A DNA stretch of 64,000 bases from Lama guanicoe (Eukaryota), in the NCBI GenBank assembly GCA_013239625.1, contig MU056000.1, forward strand, positions 12,227,175 through 12,291,174. The letters run 5' to 3'. A program made the position numbers and the translations under genes. Shown piece by piece: positions 14,075 through 26,192 of the stretch. The notes beneath the pieces were generated by a model that was not told the DNA's origin, did not search any database, and worked only from the letters and a program-made list of their open reading frames with translations. Positions within the stretch are counted from its first letter, which is position 1, and the number at the start of each line of letters is the position of its first letter.

Positions 14075-14604
14075 ACCCTCTCTTCCACGGCGCTACCTAC
14101 GGAGGTGGCAGCCATCTCACAGTCGGCATCATGGCCGCCCTCAGACCCCTCGTGAAGCCCAAGATCATCAAAAAGAGGACCAAGAAGTTCATCCAGAACC
14201 AGTCAGACCGATATGTCAAAATTAAGTGGAACTGGCTGAAGCCCAGAGGCACTGACAACAGGGTGCACAAGAGGTTCAAGGGCCAGATCCTGACGCCCAG
14301 CACTGGCTACGGGAGCAACAAGAAAACAAAGCACACGCTGCCCAGCGGCTTCCGCAAGTTACTGCTCCACAACGTCAAGGAGCTCGAAGTGCTGCTGATG
14401 TGCAGCAGATGTTACTGTGCTGAGATTGCTCACAACGTCTCCTCCAAGAACCGCAAAGCCACTGTGGAGAGAGCAGCCCAGCTGGCCATCAGAGTCACCA
14501 ATCTGAACGCCAGGCTGTGCAGCAAAGAAAACAAATAGGCAGCTCGTGCACATTGTATTTGTGTTAATAAAACCATGAAACTCAAAAGAAAAGAAAAAAA
14601 AAGA
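14075..14604 (+). pseudogene. RPL32: Processed RPL32 retrocopy (ORF 14131-14538 open, 135 aa), antisense within MYO10 intron 1
   Basis: Intronless. Has a 5'TOP-like ctctcttcc leader, AATAAA at 14566-14571, an A-rich tail and a 17-bp TSD aaaagatttcctg(a/g)ctc at 14058-14074 and 14605-14621. About 22 aa differ from recalled human RPL32. Confidence 0.93.
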
Positions 14605-14621
14605 AAAAGATTTCCTGGCTC

Positions 14622-15655
14622 TAATTTAAAAAAAAAGACTGACTTTATCAAGTGTTGATGACAATGTGGAGAAGCTGGTGGTGATATAACACAGTACATC
14701 CACTTAGGAAAACAGTTTGGCAGTTTCTTAAAAAGTGAAACATAATCTTACCATATGCCCCAACAATTCAACTCCTAGGATATATACCTACTCAAATAAA
14801 AAAAAAAGATTTTTTTTAAAAAGGCTTGTATGCAAATATTCAGAGCAGCATTATTCCTAATAGCCAAATACTAGAAATCATTTCCTAAAAGTTGAGTTAA
14901 TGCTTTATTCAGGGACCTTACTGAGAACTAAAGCCCAGGAGACTCAGATTGCTTTGAGTAACAAGTTCCAAAGAGGTAAGGGAGGAATCAGGATATACGG
15001 GAGTTTTTGCTGGGATGGGGGAAGGGGGAATGAGTTGAATGTCAAAAGATTACTGCTAATCACAAAAACCAGACACCTCAAGTTAATGATTTTAGTTATG
15101 TTTAAGTTACGATTTTCCACTTATGGGAAGATGCAAGAGTCTAGACTCACTGAAATTATTCTTTAGATATACGTTAATTATCTAGTGTTTTCTCCATCCT
15201 CAGTTCCCCTTAGGGTATACCACTGGTGGCAGCTACAGGAGCTGATAGCAGGCAACATCTTTTTGTCTGCACACTCAAATGTCCATCAACAGGTACAGAA
15301 TTTCTACACAATGGAAGTCTTAGTAACAAAAACCAAATCACAGAATCATCAACAAAGGATGAATCTCAAAAATGCTAAGTGAAAGAAGTTACACACAAAA
15401 AAGCACATATTATAGGGTTCCATATACATGAAATTTCTGGAAGAGGCAAATCCATAGACACGGAAACTAGATGCATAGATGCCCAGAGCTAGGTGTAGGG
15501 GTGGAGAGACACACTGACTGAATGGGGAGAAAGGAATTTTGGGGCACAATGGAACTATTCTAAAACTGGATTGTGCTGATGGCTGCACAACTGTATAAAT
15601 GCACTAAAACTCATTCAACTGTGAATCTACAATGGGTATGTAATTACACCTTGGT
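14622..15655 (+). mobile_element. Old L1M fragment interrupted by an LTR-like insert
   Basis: L1 motifs gaaaacagtttggcagtttctta...gcagcattattcctaatagcc break at ~14880 and resume at ~15271 (caaatgtccatcaacagg). Confidence 0.7.
14881..15270. mobile_element. ERV1-type solo-LTR-like insertion (family not assigned)
   Basis: Splits a contiguous L1 motif and resembles a recalled cetartiodactyl LTR (cctaaaagttgag...tatgggaagatgcaagagtct...gcaggcaacat). Confidence 0.55.
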
Positions 15656-16078
15656 AATTCCAAATCATCAAAAAAAGTTCATCTCCCAGCCTACATACTT
15701 CTCACTGATAAATGAACGCAATGCTTAACCATTCCATTATGGGAAAAACCCAATCATGTTTCTATAACTGACCTGTGGTGGTATCACACACACACACACA
15801 CACAACACAGCCATAATGCCCACATGTAAGAGCTGTGTTAAAACTCTGAAGATCAGTGTTGCGTTCATTAAGTCCCCGCTCTCCATTAACACAGACTAGC
15901 AGGGTTCAGAAGCTACAAGGAGACTTGCCCAAGCTCATCTCCAGATGAGGCTGTGGTCAAGGGTATCCCTGTCTCAATTACTGGCCCCCCCTCCTGGGAA
16001 GATTATCATAAATCCCCAGCCAACTGTCTATGACTTGCATTACCTCCCCAGGCAAGGAATTGTACCTGGTGCCTTCCT

Positions 16079-16092
16079 GTTACCATGGCAAC
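16079..16092. promoter_or_regulatory. Perfect RFX X-box GTTACCATGGCAAC
   Basis: Exact match to the GTTRCCATGGYAAC consensus. Function is untested. Confidence 0.4.
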
Positions 16093-16710
16093 ATAACATA
16101 GCTACGCAAAGCCTAAAATATTCACCTCCTGGTCCTTTGCACAGGAAGTTTGCTGATCCTAATTTAAGGTAAATAGAAGATAAAATCACTATCAAAGATT
16201 TCAACCTACTGTTGCCCCATTTAAAAAAAATTATTTTTAACTATTACATTTCTCTTCTGATTTTAATAATGATCTTCTTTCCTGAACTTTGAAACACTGA
16301 AGTTTAAAAATAAGGTAGGAAAACAACTCCAAAAAAGAGATAATGACGATGGACTTGAAATACTATGCTGTGTGGCATGTTCTAATTACAGATTCACAGA
16401 AACGAGAACATTCTTTAGCCAAACACACAGCTCAGTCATACCCAGAACAAGGCACCACACCTATTTTTCTCCCATAACTGCTTCCCTGGCCCACGTTAAG
16501 TACCACGGTTCAGAAGTCTCTAACAACTTACATGATAGAGACACAATTTGTTCTGGAAATGTGATCTCCTTTTTTTTTTTTTCAGACAAAGATGTCAAAT
16601 AGTTTGGTAAGATAAGATAAATTAATACAGCTATTTAAATCTGCAGTAAATTCAGCAACCAAAAAGGTTCTCTTCTGCCTACAATGACTTAGTAAAGAAG
16701 TAACCTGGCT

Positions 16711-17387
16711 TAATTATGGACAATAGTATGGAAATTCCTTAAAAAAACTGAAAGGAGACTTAGCCTATGATCCAGCAATCCCACTCCTGGGCATATATCC
16801 AGAGGAAACTCTAATCCGAAAAGATACATGTACCCCAATATTCACAGCAAAACTATTTACAGCAGCCAAGACATGGAAGCAAACTAAACATCCATCAACA
16901 GATGACTGGATAAAGAAGATGTGAGATACACACACACACACACACATTTGCACACAATGAAATACTACTCAGCCATAAAAAAGGATGAAAATAATGCCAT
17001 TTGCAGTAACATAGATGAACCTGGAGATCGTCATAATAAATGAAGTAGCCAGAAAGAAAAATACCATAGGATATCACTTATATGTAGACTCTTATAAAAA
17101 AAAAAGACACATAGAAAACAAACTTATGGTTACTGGAGGGAAAGGAGGTGGGGAGGAATAAATGGTGAGTTTGAGATACTAACTGCTATATATAAAATAG
17201 ATAAACAACAAAGTCCTACTGTATAGCACAGGGAACTATATTTAATACCTTGTAATGGCCTATCATAAAAAAGAATATGAAAAAGAATATATATATGTAT
17301 GTATAAGTGAGTCACTATGCAATACACCGAAAATTAACACAACATTGTAAATAGACTACACTTCAGTTATGCTTCAACTGAAAAAAG
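16711..17387 (+). mobile_element. 5'-truncated, relatively young L1 with perfect TSD
   Basis: L1 3' motifs plus an exact 16-bp TSD aagaagtaacctggct at 16695-16710 and 17388-17403. Confidence 0.92.
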
Positions 17388-17521
17388 AAGAAGTAACCTG
17401 GCTCAGAAGACGTCTCATGTAACAGGCAGGGACTTGGAGGGACCTTGTTCTTGATGACACTCAATTCCAGAAACAGGGTGTGGGTAATATATTATAGTAC
17501 AAGGATTTAAAGAGCATTTAA

Positions 17522-17890
17522 AAAGTTGAGGTACAATTGAAATGTGACATATTAGTTCTAGGTGTACAACACGATGATTTGATATTTGTATATACCGAGA
17601 AAGTCTGTAACATCCATCGTTAATTAACATCACTACACAGTTAATTTTTTTTCTTATGAGAACTTTTAAGATCTACTCTCTTAGCAACTTGCAAATATAC
17701 AATACAGTGTTACTGTAGTCACCATGCTGTCCATACATCCCCAGGACTTATTTTATACCTGGAAGTTTGTACCTTTTGACTCCCTTCACCCACCCCCTAC
17801 CTCTAGCAACCGATAATCTGTTCTCTGTATTTATGCATTGGTGGGGATGGGAGGTTTGGGGAGAGGTTTCACACGTAAGTGAGATCTCCT
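17522..17890 (-). mobile_element. L1MA9-like 3' end fragment
   Basis: Contains taagatctactctcttagcaac...aatatacaatacagtgtta...gtcaccatgctg. Confidence 0.75.
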
Positions 17891-18027
17891 CTGTTTTACA
17901 GTCATTTTTGTGGTTGCTGGAAGTAGGAATACCTTCTCATCAACTTATGTTATTTTTTTTCTAATCCTTATTACTCAAATCCACCTCAAAGGACACACGG
18001 CATTTATCACATACAAAGCTTGAATGC

Positions 18028-18115
18028 AGGTGCCTCAACCTCGTCACGACTGACATCATGGATGAGGTCATTATTTGTTGTGGGTGAGGGGACTGTCTTG
18101 GTTGGGAACCACTGG
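18028..18115. mobile_element. Internally deleted MER20
   Basis: Both termini are present (ctcaacctcg...actgacat and ggttgggaaccactg), followed by gtctaga. Confidence 0.55.
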
Positions 18116-20421
18116 TCTAGAGTAACATTAAGTTCTAGGAACAAGCAAATTAAACGAGTTTTCAAAACCATTAATTGAAAGCAGGCTCCACCGTCTAAAT
18201 TCTAGGAATTTCCACAACCTCCGGAAGTAGGATCAGCCCAGATGCAGTCTACCTGGGGCAGGTCTCATTTCCGGTGACCTCGGCTGGGTGCTGACCGGAG
18301 GGAGGGAGGCGCCTCTGCAGTCTGATTCAAAACATCTGGCGAAGGGAGGGAACAAGGGCTCCGAAGTCTAGGGCTTGATGACGGTGCTGGAAGGCTCTCT
18401 CTTTCCTTCCCTCTGTCCACTGTGCTGTTTGGGGTTTGTTTGTTTTTTTTTAAATGCACTTTTCATGTTAGAACTGACAATGCTTTTATGCAGATGGTTG
18501 GAACTGCACAAACAAAACCTGTCCAAAAACCTGCGCTCTTTTCACCTCAGGGTGACTTCAACCCCACGTGCTTGCAAAGCTTGATGCACAAGTTGTCAGA
18601 ATGTTTGGAAACAGCACAGATGAGAACGAAGAGGAGCATAATCACACGTACAAAATGAGTATGAAAAATGCAGTGCGAACTCGAGCAGCGGGGACAAAGG
18701 AGCACGGCTGGCCAGGGACAGACCCAGGAGACTCCAAAATGAAAGAGCAAAGTGGAACCCAAGATGTCTCCCCCGCGGAGACGGCCACCCCTTCATCCCC
18801 CAGGAGAGGACCTGGAAATAAGCAAGCAGCAGGGCAGCCACTGTCCCCAGCATCCCCACAGCAGCGGGTGGTCTGTGCACCCCTGACCACACAGCAGGCA
18901 GAGAGCTCAGGGCCACGGGGGCTGGGTGATCCCCTGATTCACTTCCTCCATGGGACTGGGGGTTCTCAGACCTGAGGCTAGTACTCCTTTCTGCACAGCT
19001 GTGTTAGGTTCCAAAGAGCCCAGGGCTGCTCAGCACCGAACGGAACCTGCAGGTTTCAGGCTCAGTTCTCAAAGGAGGCAGAACTCAGCTAGTGCCCGGC
19101 CAGCACTGACCGCTGGGGAGGGAAAAGGAGGAACAGGAGGCTCAAGAGAGAAAATGTGAGCACACAGCCTGGAATGTCGGAAATACGTGATGTGAAGATC
19201 CCAAGTTCGTACCATTTGCCTGTGGCTGTGGAACGGAGGTGGTGTTTGTTCTCTGTAACAGGCAACACCAGGAACAACTGTTCTACACCCATCGGAGCTG
19301 ATGCCACCATCACATTCTAGAGGAAAAGGTGTTGCTGACACTCTTTTTCAGAACTTGGGACAACCCCTCCCCGCAACCGCTCCCAAGACTGTCAGAAGTG
19401 CTGCGTAACTCCCCAGACAGGCCTACGGACGTCTTTAAACGCAGTGCTTTTTAAGATAAGAAATACATTCCAGATATTTGTGGCTACAGTGCATTTGTAG
19501 CTGTGTCACCACCATCATCAACATCATTTCTTGGGCTTGCCTACGAGCCTAAGGAGCCTATACAGCACTGTCCCTACAGGAAGATGTGTAATGTCCCAAG
19601 CATCTAACCCTAAACACACCTGAAAAACAGCATGGGTGTTTACTGAGCTTGCCCACATTCATTATGATAAAGTCCACAATTGGTCCTATGTCTCTGGGCA
19701 ACAACCAGTGAGAAGGATCACGTGGCATCCATGTTCTTTCCCGCTGTCCGCCCATAAGGTCACACCCTGTCACCACGATGAGCTGTAGCTTCAAGACAAA
19801 CATGACATGAAAACACAAAACAACATGAAAAGTACATGAAAAGCAGGAGATGGAAAGGGAGAAAAAAGAAAAGCAAATGGTAAAAGTTTTTGCCAATAAA
19901 CTAACCTTTGCTCAAGGTTCCGCATGGAAAGATACAAAAAAAAAAAAAAAAAGACTCATCGGCATCCCCGACTCCCAATCAAAATCAGAGCCAAAACAAG
20001 CGATGCTAAATGGCCACGACACCTAATTTGTGAACGTATAATTCTTTAAAGAGTTTATTCCCATGGTTATGGGGTTTCAGCTTGCCGACTGACTCAGCCC
20101 TGGTGTTAGATTCTGATTTCTCCTGCCTTCCTTAGAACTCTTCAAAACAGCTTTTCAGTTACTTTTAAACTACAGTGACTAGAACTAATCCCAGAAAACA
20201 CATTAACACTGAGAGAAATGAGACATCTCCTAGTTGCTGAGACAATCTCAGACACCGTAGGAATGTGAAAATCCAAGGAACAAAAGTCAAATTATTCCAC
20301 TATTAGTTAACCAATCATCACAAAGCTAACATATATATGTTTAAAAGAGATCAGAAAATAGACCCAAAGAATTAGCCAATGCACCTAAAATTCATTCAAT
20401 CATCTGTAAGTCACCTCTCCC

Positions 20422-20500
20422 ATAAATCCATCCATCCACTCATCCATAAATCCATCCACTCATCCACCCATTCATCCAACCACTCATCCATCCATCCATC
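20422..20500 (+). repeat. (TCCA)n-type degenerate microsatellite at an L2-like end
   Basis: Repeated tcca/ttca units followed by gagccactactatgtaccaggc. Confidence 0.75.
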
Positions 20501-21349
20501 TGGCTGCCCTTCCACAAGCCCATCCTTCCCACCTTCCCACAGTATCTTTTGAGCCACTACTATGTACCAGGCGCTGTGAAAGATTCACCCGTATATAAAA
20601 CCGTTCCTGCTCTGAAACATTTACAATATGTTAGAGGTAAAATGATGCCTGTTCTAATACCCTTATCCTACAGTCTTTCTTTCAAAGGGTAATTATGCAA
20701 CAGGAAGAGCAGTAGAATAAGGCAAGAAAGAGAAGTAGCTAATTGGGGAAAGGACATGCAGACCCTATAAAATGAATAAAACTGTTCTGCTTTTAAGGTC
20801 TCAAAAACTAGTGGGAAATCCTCTCTAAGGGACACAAAACAAAATAGCTGGCTTTAGAACTGCATTCCAGTCTCCCTTTTAGTGGAAACAGTAGGAGATA
20901 TAGAACAGAAGGGATAACAAAAGACCATTACGAGATGTTTTCACTCTTCGTGGAATGTAATACCAGACGTCCCTTACCTTTTATTTCCTAGAGTTTGTCC
21001 TTTCCTATTCTTGACAAGAATACTTTTCTTAAACACACACACACACACACACAAACCATAAACAAACAAAAACTAGTAAGATAATCTTCATGCAGCCCTG
21101 GCTGTGTTCTGGCTACCATCTGTTTTTAGAAAAAATACACAAACTTATTCAGAACAGCAGTTTGTCATTACTTCATAAAAACGGATGACCCAAGGACACA
21201 GTAGGAACTAAATAAAATGGCTACCTCTCATCTCAGCTGCAGACAGATTAATTCCTCTGCAGAATTTTACTGAATTTCAAAAACATTTCATGTTTTTCAT
21301 GAAGTCATACTGCCTGAATTAAGAGATGCTTAAGAGACAATCCAGTCCA

Positions 21350-22200
21350 ATCAAAGAGACAAGAAAACATGTTGGTGAGGACGTGGAGAAACTAGAATCC
21401 TCATACCCTGCTGGTGAGAATGTGAAACAGTGCAGCTGCTGCAGAAAACAGTCTGGTAGGTCCTCAAAAAGTTAGAGACAGAGTTACCAGATGACCCAGG
21501 AATTCCACTACCACCTGTATACCCAGGAGAAATGAAAACATACGTCCACATAATAACTTGTACACAAAGGTTCACACCAGCATGATTTACAACAGCCCAA
21601 AAGGGGGAACCCCCTTAGTGTCCATCAACTGAAGAACAGATTTTTTTTTAATGTGACATATTCATAGAATGGAGTATTATTCAGTGATTTAAAAAAGGGG
21701 AAGAAATGTTGCATGTTACAACATGGATGAGCCTTGAAAACATTACACTAAGTGAAAGCAGCCAGTCACAAAGGACCACACATCACGTGAGCCCATTTAC
21801 ATGAAATGTCCCAAAGGTAAAGCCATGCAGACAGGAAGCAGATTGCTGGTTGCCCAGGGCAGGTGTAGGCAGTGACTGGGACTAGGGAGTGACTGCTGAT
21901 TGGTGTGGGGTTTCTTTCTGGAGTGATGAAAATGTTCTGGAGTTAGACAGTGGTGATGGCTGCACAACTATTAGTATCTATTAATACTATAATATTGTTA
22001 CAATGTTAGTATAATATATTAGTGTAGTATTATATATTAATAACTATTAGTATGATACAATATTAATATATACTATATAAATAATATTAGTATAAGCTAG
22101 TAACGTAACAGTACTATATTTAGTGAACATACGAAAAACCACTGAATGGGATACTTTAAAAAGACTCACATCCATGATAAGTGAATCATCTCGCAAATAA
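21350..22200 (+). mobile_element. L1MB-type 3' region with an AT-rich low-complexity expansion (~21970-22110)
   Basis: Contains tgttggtgaggacgtggagaaactagaa...acatggatgagccttgaaaacatt...gatgaaaatgttctgg...gtgatggctgcacaac. Confidence 0.85.
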
Positions 22201-23789
22201 AAAAGGGAGAGGGGCTGCTCTCCCTTCTGAAACTGACCGGATTCTGTCCATGGAATGTCTCTCTCTCTAAATAAACCTGCTTTCACTTAAAAAAAAAGAA
22301 AAGAAAGAAAGAAGAGAGGGAGACAGACAAGCAAGAAGAGGAAGACAGGCTGCCTCGTATCTGGCTTCATTCACTCCCTGGATCCAGTTAACCTAAAGGC
22401 CAGCTTCAGCCCTGACCTCCCGCGTTACATACGCCAAGAAGGTCCTCTTTTCGGTGTACACTGGTTTTTATTGAGTCTCCATCATTTACAAGCAAAGGAA
22501 AATCAGTATGATTTTTTCAGCAGACCAATGTCAGGACTTCAGAAGACATCTAGAAAGCGACTCCCTCACCGAGAGACCTCTGGAAATGGCCATAGCTAGC
22601 TGTGTATGCTTTCCCAAGAGCAGCAGCAGGACAAGTTATGTCAGAGCTTGGACTGTGTGATGCATGTTACACTAGAACTCTTACCACCTGAATTACAGGA
22701 GGCAGGGGTGGGCTGTTTTCCTTGCCAGTGAATTCCCAGCCAAGAGCAGGGCCGGGCACACTGGATGAGGGACAAGTGTTGATTCACTCTCAATCCCAAA
22801 TCCCATCGCAGGGCCCTGCTCTCTGCTCTGGGAACACACGGTGACCCCTGGAGGCACAGTGCTGCTCACAGAGAGATGAAAGGCCGCTCAGGTTGTAGAA
22901 AAGAGGCCGTGAAAACCACACAGGCTGCCCCCCACCCCCCCGCAGTGTGGACTCAGCTTCAAACCCCAGCTTCACCACCTGTGGCTCAGGACAACTGTTT
23001 ATACCTGAGACTTCTCCGTACAAGACGAGAGTCATCTAAACTTGTCTGCTGTCCAAACACAAGAAGGGCACTCGGGACGGCTAACCAAAGTGCCCCAAAG
23101 CCGCAGGGCCCTCGACACAACGTGGCAGTGTCTATATTTGGGGTCTTGCTGCCAGCACCCTCCAGGGTCACGCCCAGGATGGCTTTTAGCCATGGTACAG
23201 CTTTCATTTTGCTTTCCTCTGAATGCCTTGCTATAGAACCTAGGAACACAAAGGCCTAGTTTAACTCACCAGGCGAACCAACCTTTCCTCCAAATCCACC
23301 AAAGCTACAGCTTCGGTTTCTTTCCAGCTCCGAAGTATTTAAAAATAACTCACAAAGACAAGCTACACCCAGCAGGAAGGTGATGGAGGTGAAAAGGATG
23401 GAAATGTTTTACTTGACATAAGTGCCTGTGTTTCTTCTAGTTGATACCTACCAAGATTTTCTCTCAATAAAATTATTTCTCTCTTGTGGCAAACCATTTT
23501 CATTATTCTCCGAACTCCATCTCTTCTTGAGTTCCATAGAGATTTGGGCACAGAATGACATTTTCTCTAGGAGACAGCATATCCGACAGCCCAGTGGCAA
23601 CGCCTGCTTGTGTCTCCATCACTAACTCGGGCTGAAATCCCAGGCTCTTCCCCAAGGACACAGGCCTCTGCCTCCTTCCTCAGTGAGCACCAGACATGGA
23701 GGAGTGAGGACACGGGGCACCCGGAGTAGAACAGATCAGAGAGGCTGCAGAATGCAGTGGGGCTTCTGGTGGTTTTGCTGTTGTTGCTG

Positions 23790-24175
23790 TAAATCAGCCT
23801 TTTATTTTAGAATAGTTTCAGATTTTATAGAGAAGCTGCAAAGCTGATACAGACGGTCCCCACCCTCCTGCATGCAGGTTCCCCCAACTGTTAACATCTC
23901 ATGTTGCTACTGTCCCCGCTAAGGGGCCAACATAGGTGTGTTATCATGAACACAACTCCGCATTTTGCTTGGATTTCACACCAGCATTTCCCTAACACCC
24001 TTTTTCTGTCCCAGGTTCCCATCCAGCACTTTCTATCAGGTCATCCTTCCTCATCAGGGCTTCTCTGCCCCTCGACAGTGTTTAAAGGCCTTGACAGTGT
24101 CAAGGAGTACAGGTCAGGGGTTCTGTGGAACACCCCTCTGTCGGGGACTGTCTTAGCTTTTCCCTGAAGTTAGAC
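23790..24175 (-). mobile_element. L1MC-type 3' fragment
   Basis: Contains ttattttagaatagtttcagatttta...tgttaacatct...gagtacaggtcag...tggaacaccc. Confidence 0.6.
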
Positions 24176-25990
24176 TGCAGTGCTGTGGCTTCCAGTGACG
24201 GCTCAATCCAGGGGTCCAATTTTCTGAACGGGAGTCCAGGCTTTCCTGCCTCAGCCACGCGGCCTGGGTCAAGTTCACCTCCTTGGCCCTCAGTTTCCTC
24301 CTCTACAGAAGAGCAGAAAAGAACACGCCCTCCCTCCCAGGGGACTGTGGGGAAGAAGGGGGCTAAGTCTGAGCACAAAGGGGAGGGGATCAGCAGGAAC
24401 TCTCCACGGAGAGAAGTGGCCATGGACTGAACAACAGAGCTGCCGGGCCAGAGACACAGGACAAAGGCTCCTAACAGACAAACCTGACTTCCAGAAACCC
24501 GCATCCAAGGGGAACGAAGTTTTAAACAGATCATTTAAACTTGACACCATAGGACTCATTTGGGGACACAGACAGCGTTCCCGCATGTAGGAGTGTCGGT
24601 GAAGGCAGCAAGCCACATGAGAGCAGGGTTCTGACGATGAACAGGACAGACCCCCAGGCAGCAGGTGGAAGTCTCAAGGTGAAGGGTGCAATTTTCCGCA
24701 AAGTAGCCAAGGACCAGTGCAGACTAAGACACATCGTAAGCTGGCTTACCTGCTCCACTTAACCACTGACTGGAAACTATGAACAGCTCCACGCACCAAA
24801 CAATGAAGGCATTCACCTTCCTTTAGTTCAAGAAAGAAAAGTCTCAAACTCTAACTGACCAAACTCTGGAAACCACTAAAGACTAAAATAGCTTTCCCGC
24901 TTACCAATAAAAATTGGGGCACACTGTCTTACAGTGCAATAGACTTTTTTCCAAGCATGTTTGTAAAAACAAAACAAAACAAAACAAAACCCACAGCAGC
25001 CAAAGTCTTTCTGAGATACCAACTTTTAATTCCATCTCAGTCCATGAGACTCTGAGTCACTCAGCTTGGAAAGTCTCAAGATCCCCTCGAGCAGCGTGCA
25101 TGAGTGGGCAGAGGCAGGTGGGGGGCTGGAGCTGAGATCCCACTGGGCTGGATAAGAATGAGCCCAGCCCGGGGTGTCGGGGGAGTGACAAGTCTGGGTC
25201 CTACAAACAAATCTTCCCTGGGGCCCATCGGGGCAGGTCACACGAAGCTCCAAGTTCCAGCGCTGAGGAAAGTCCTTCCCAGTTCCTCCTGGCTCCTCAT
25301 CAGCCTCTCCCCAACTCCTGGATGCCAGACCAAAGTGGCCCTGGTCAAATGGGAAGGCCCTCTGCTCCCCTTTCTCCTTCCTAGGAAACCTCCTACTACC
25401 CGAGGGCCAGTGCTGAGGACAGGCTCCATCCAGCAGAGAGCAGAGGAAATTTCCTACGAGTGCGTTAGTGGAGTCCAGCACAGCCAGTCCTCCCTCCCAA
25501 CCCGCTCCATCCTTCCCAAACCACTCCAGCCACAACTGATGCCCCCGTACACACGAACTGCCCCACTCAGGGAGAAGCCCGACTCACGGCTGGCAGTGAG
25601 GGCCTGTGAGCAATAAAAACCCATGGGGGTGAGCCCTTAACTCAGAGGGGCTCCTCGGGCGGAACAGGGTGGACAAGGCGGGGGTTAAACAGGGCCAGGC
25701 AGAGCCCCGAGGAGGCGGGATTCTGCTCTAAGCCCAACTTCAGGTCATCACCCAGCTCCTGGCCCCTCTTCTCCCAGCCATCCTCCCGGCCTCTCATCTT
25801 CTCTCTGCACAGTGGAGCCCTCCTCTACTTCACAGCAGGAAAGCACTGCAGGAGAGGATGCTCATGACCCACTGACAGGCCAGGCAAACAGCCAATAAAC
25901 TCCCACAGGAGAGACACGGTCTAGAAGGGAGGCTTTCGTTCCTGACTTCAGCAGAACCACATGCCCGTGGAGCTCTGAAACCTCAACAGT

Positions 25991-26192
25991 GCCCAGGGAT
26001 GAACTCCAGATGGGGGACAGGGCAGGAGCCCCAGCTCGACGTCCAGGGATGAACTCCAGATGGGCAGACAGGGCGGGGGCCCCAGCTCGACGCCCAGGGA
26101 TGAACTCCAGATGGGCAGACAGGGCAGGGGCCCCAGCTCGACGCCCAGAGATGAACTCCAGATAGGGGACAGGGCAGGGGCCCCACCCCGAC
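25991..26192. repeat. Minisatellite, 4 copies of a 50/51-bp unit
   Basis: Unit gcccagggatgaactccagatgggcagacagggcaggggccccagctcgac starts at 25991, 26041, 26092 and 26143. Confidence 0.95.

Noticed and set aside
18568..18975. Other 100-175 aa ORFs (e.g. 4040-4471, 18568-18975, 25104-25616, 29122-29649, 42726-43163)
   Set aside because: No recognisable homology or exon structure; consistent with chance intronic ORFs.
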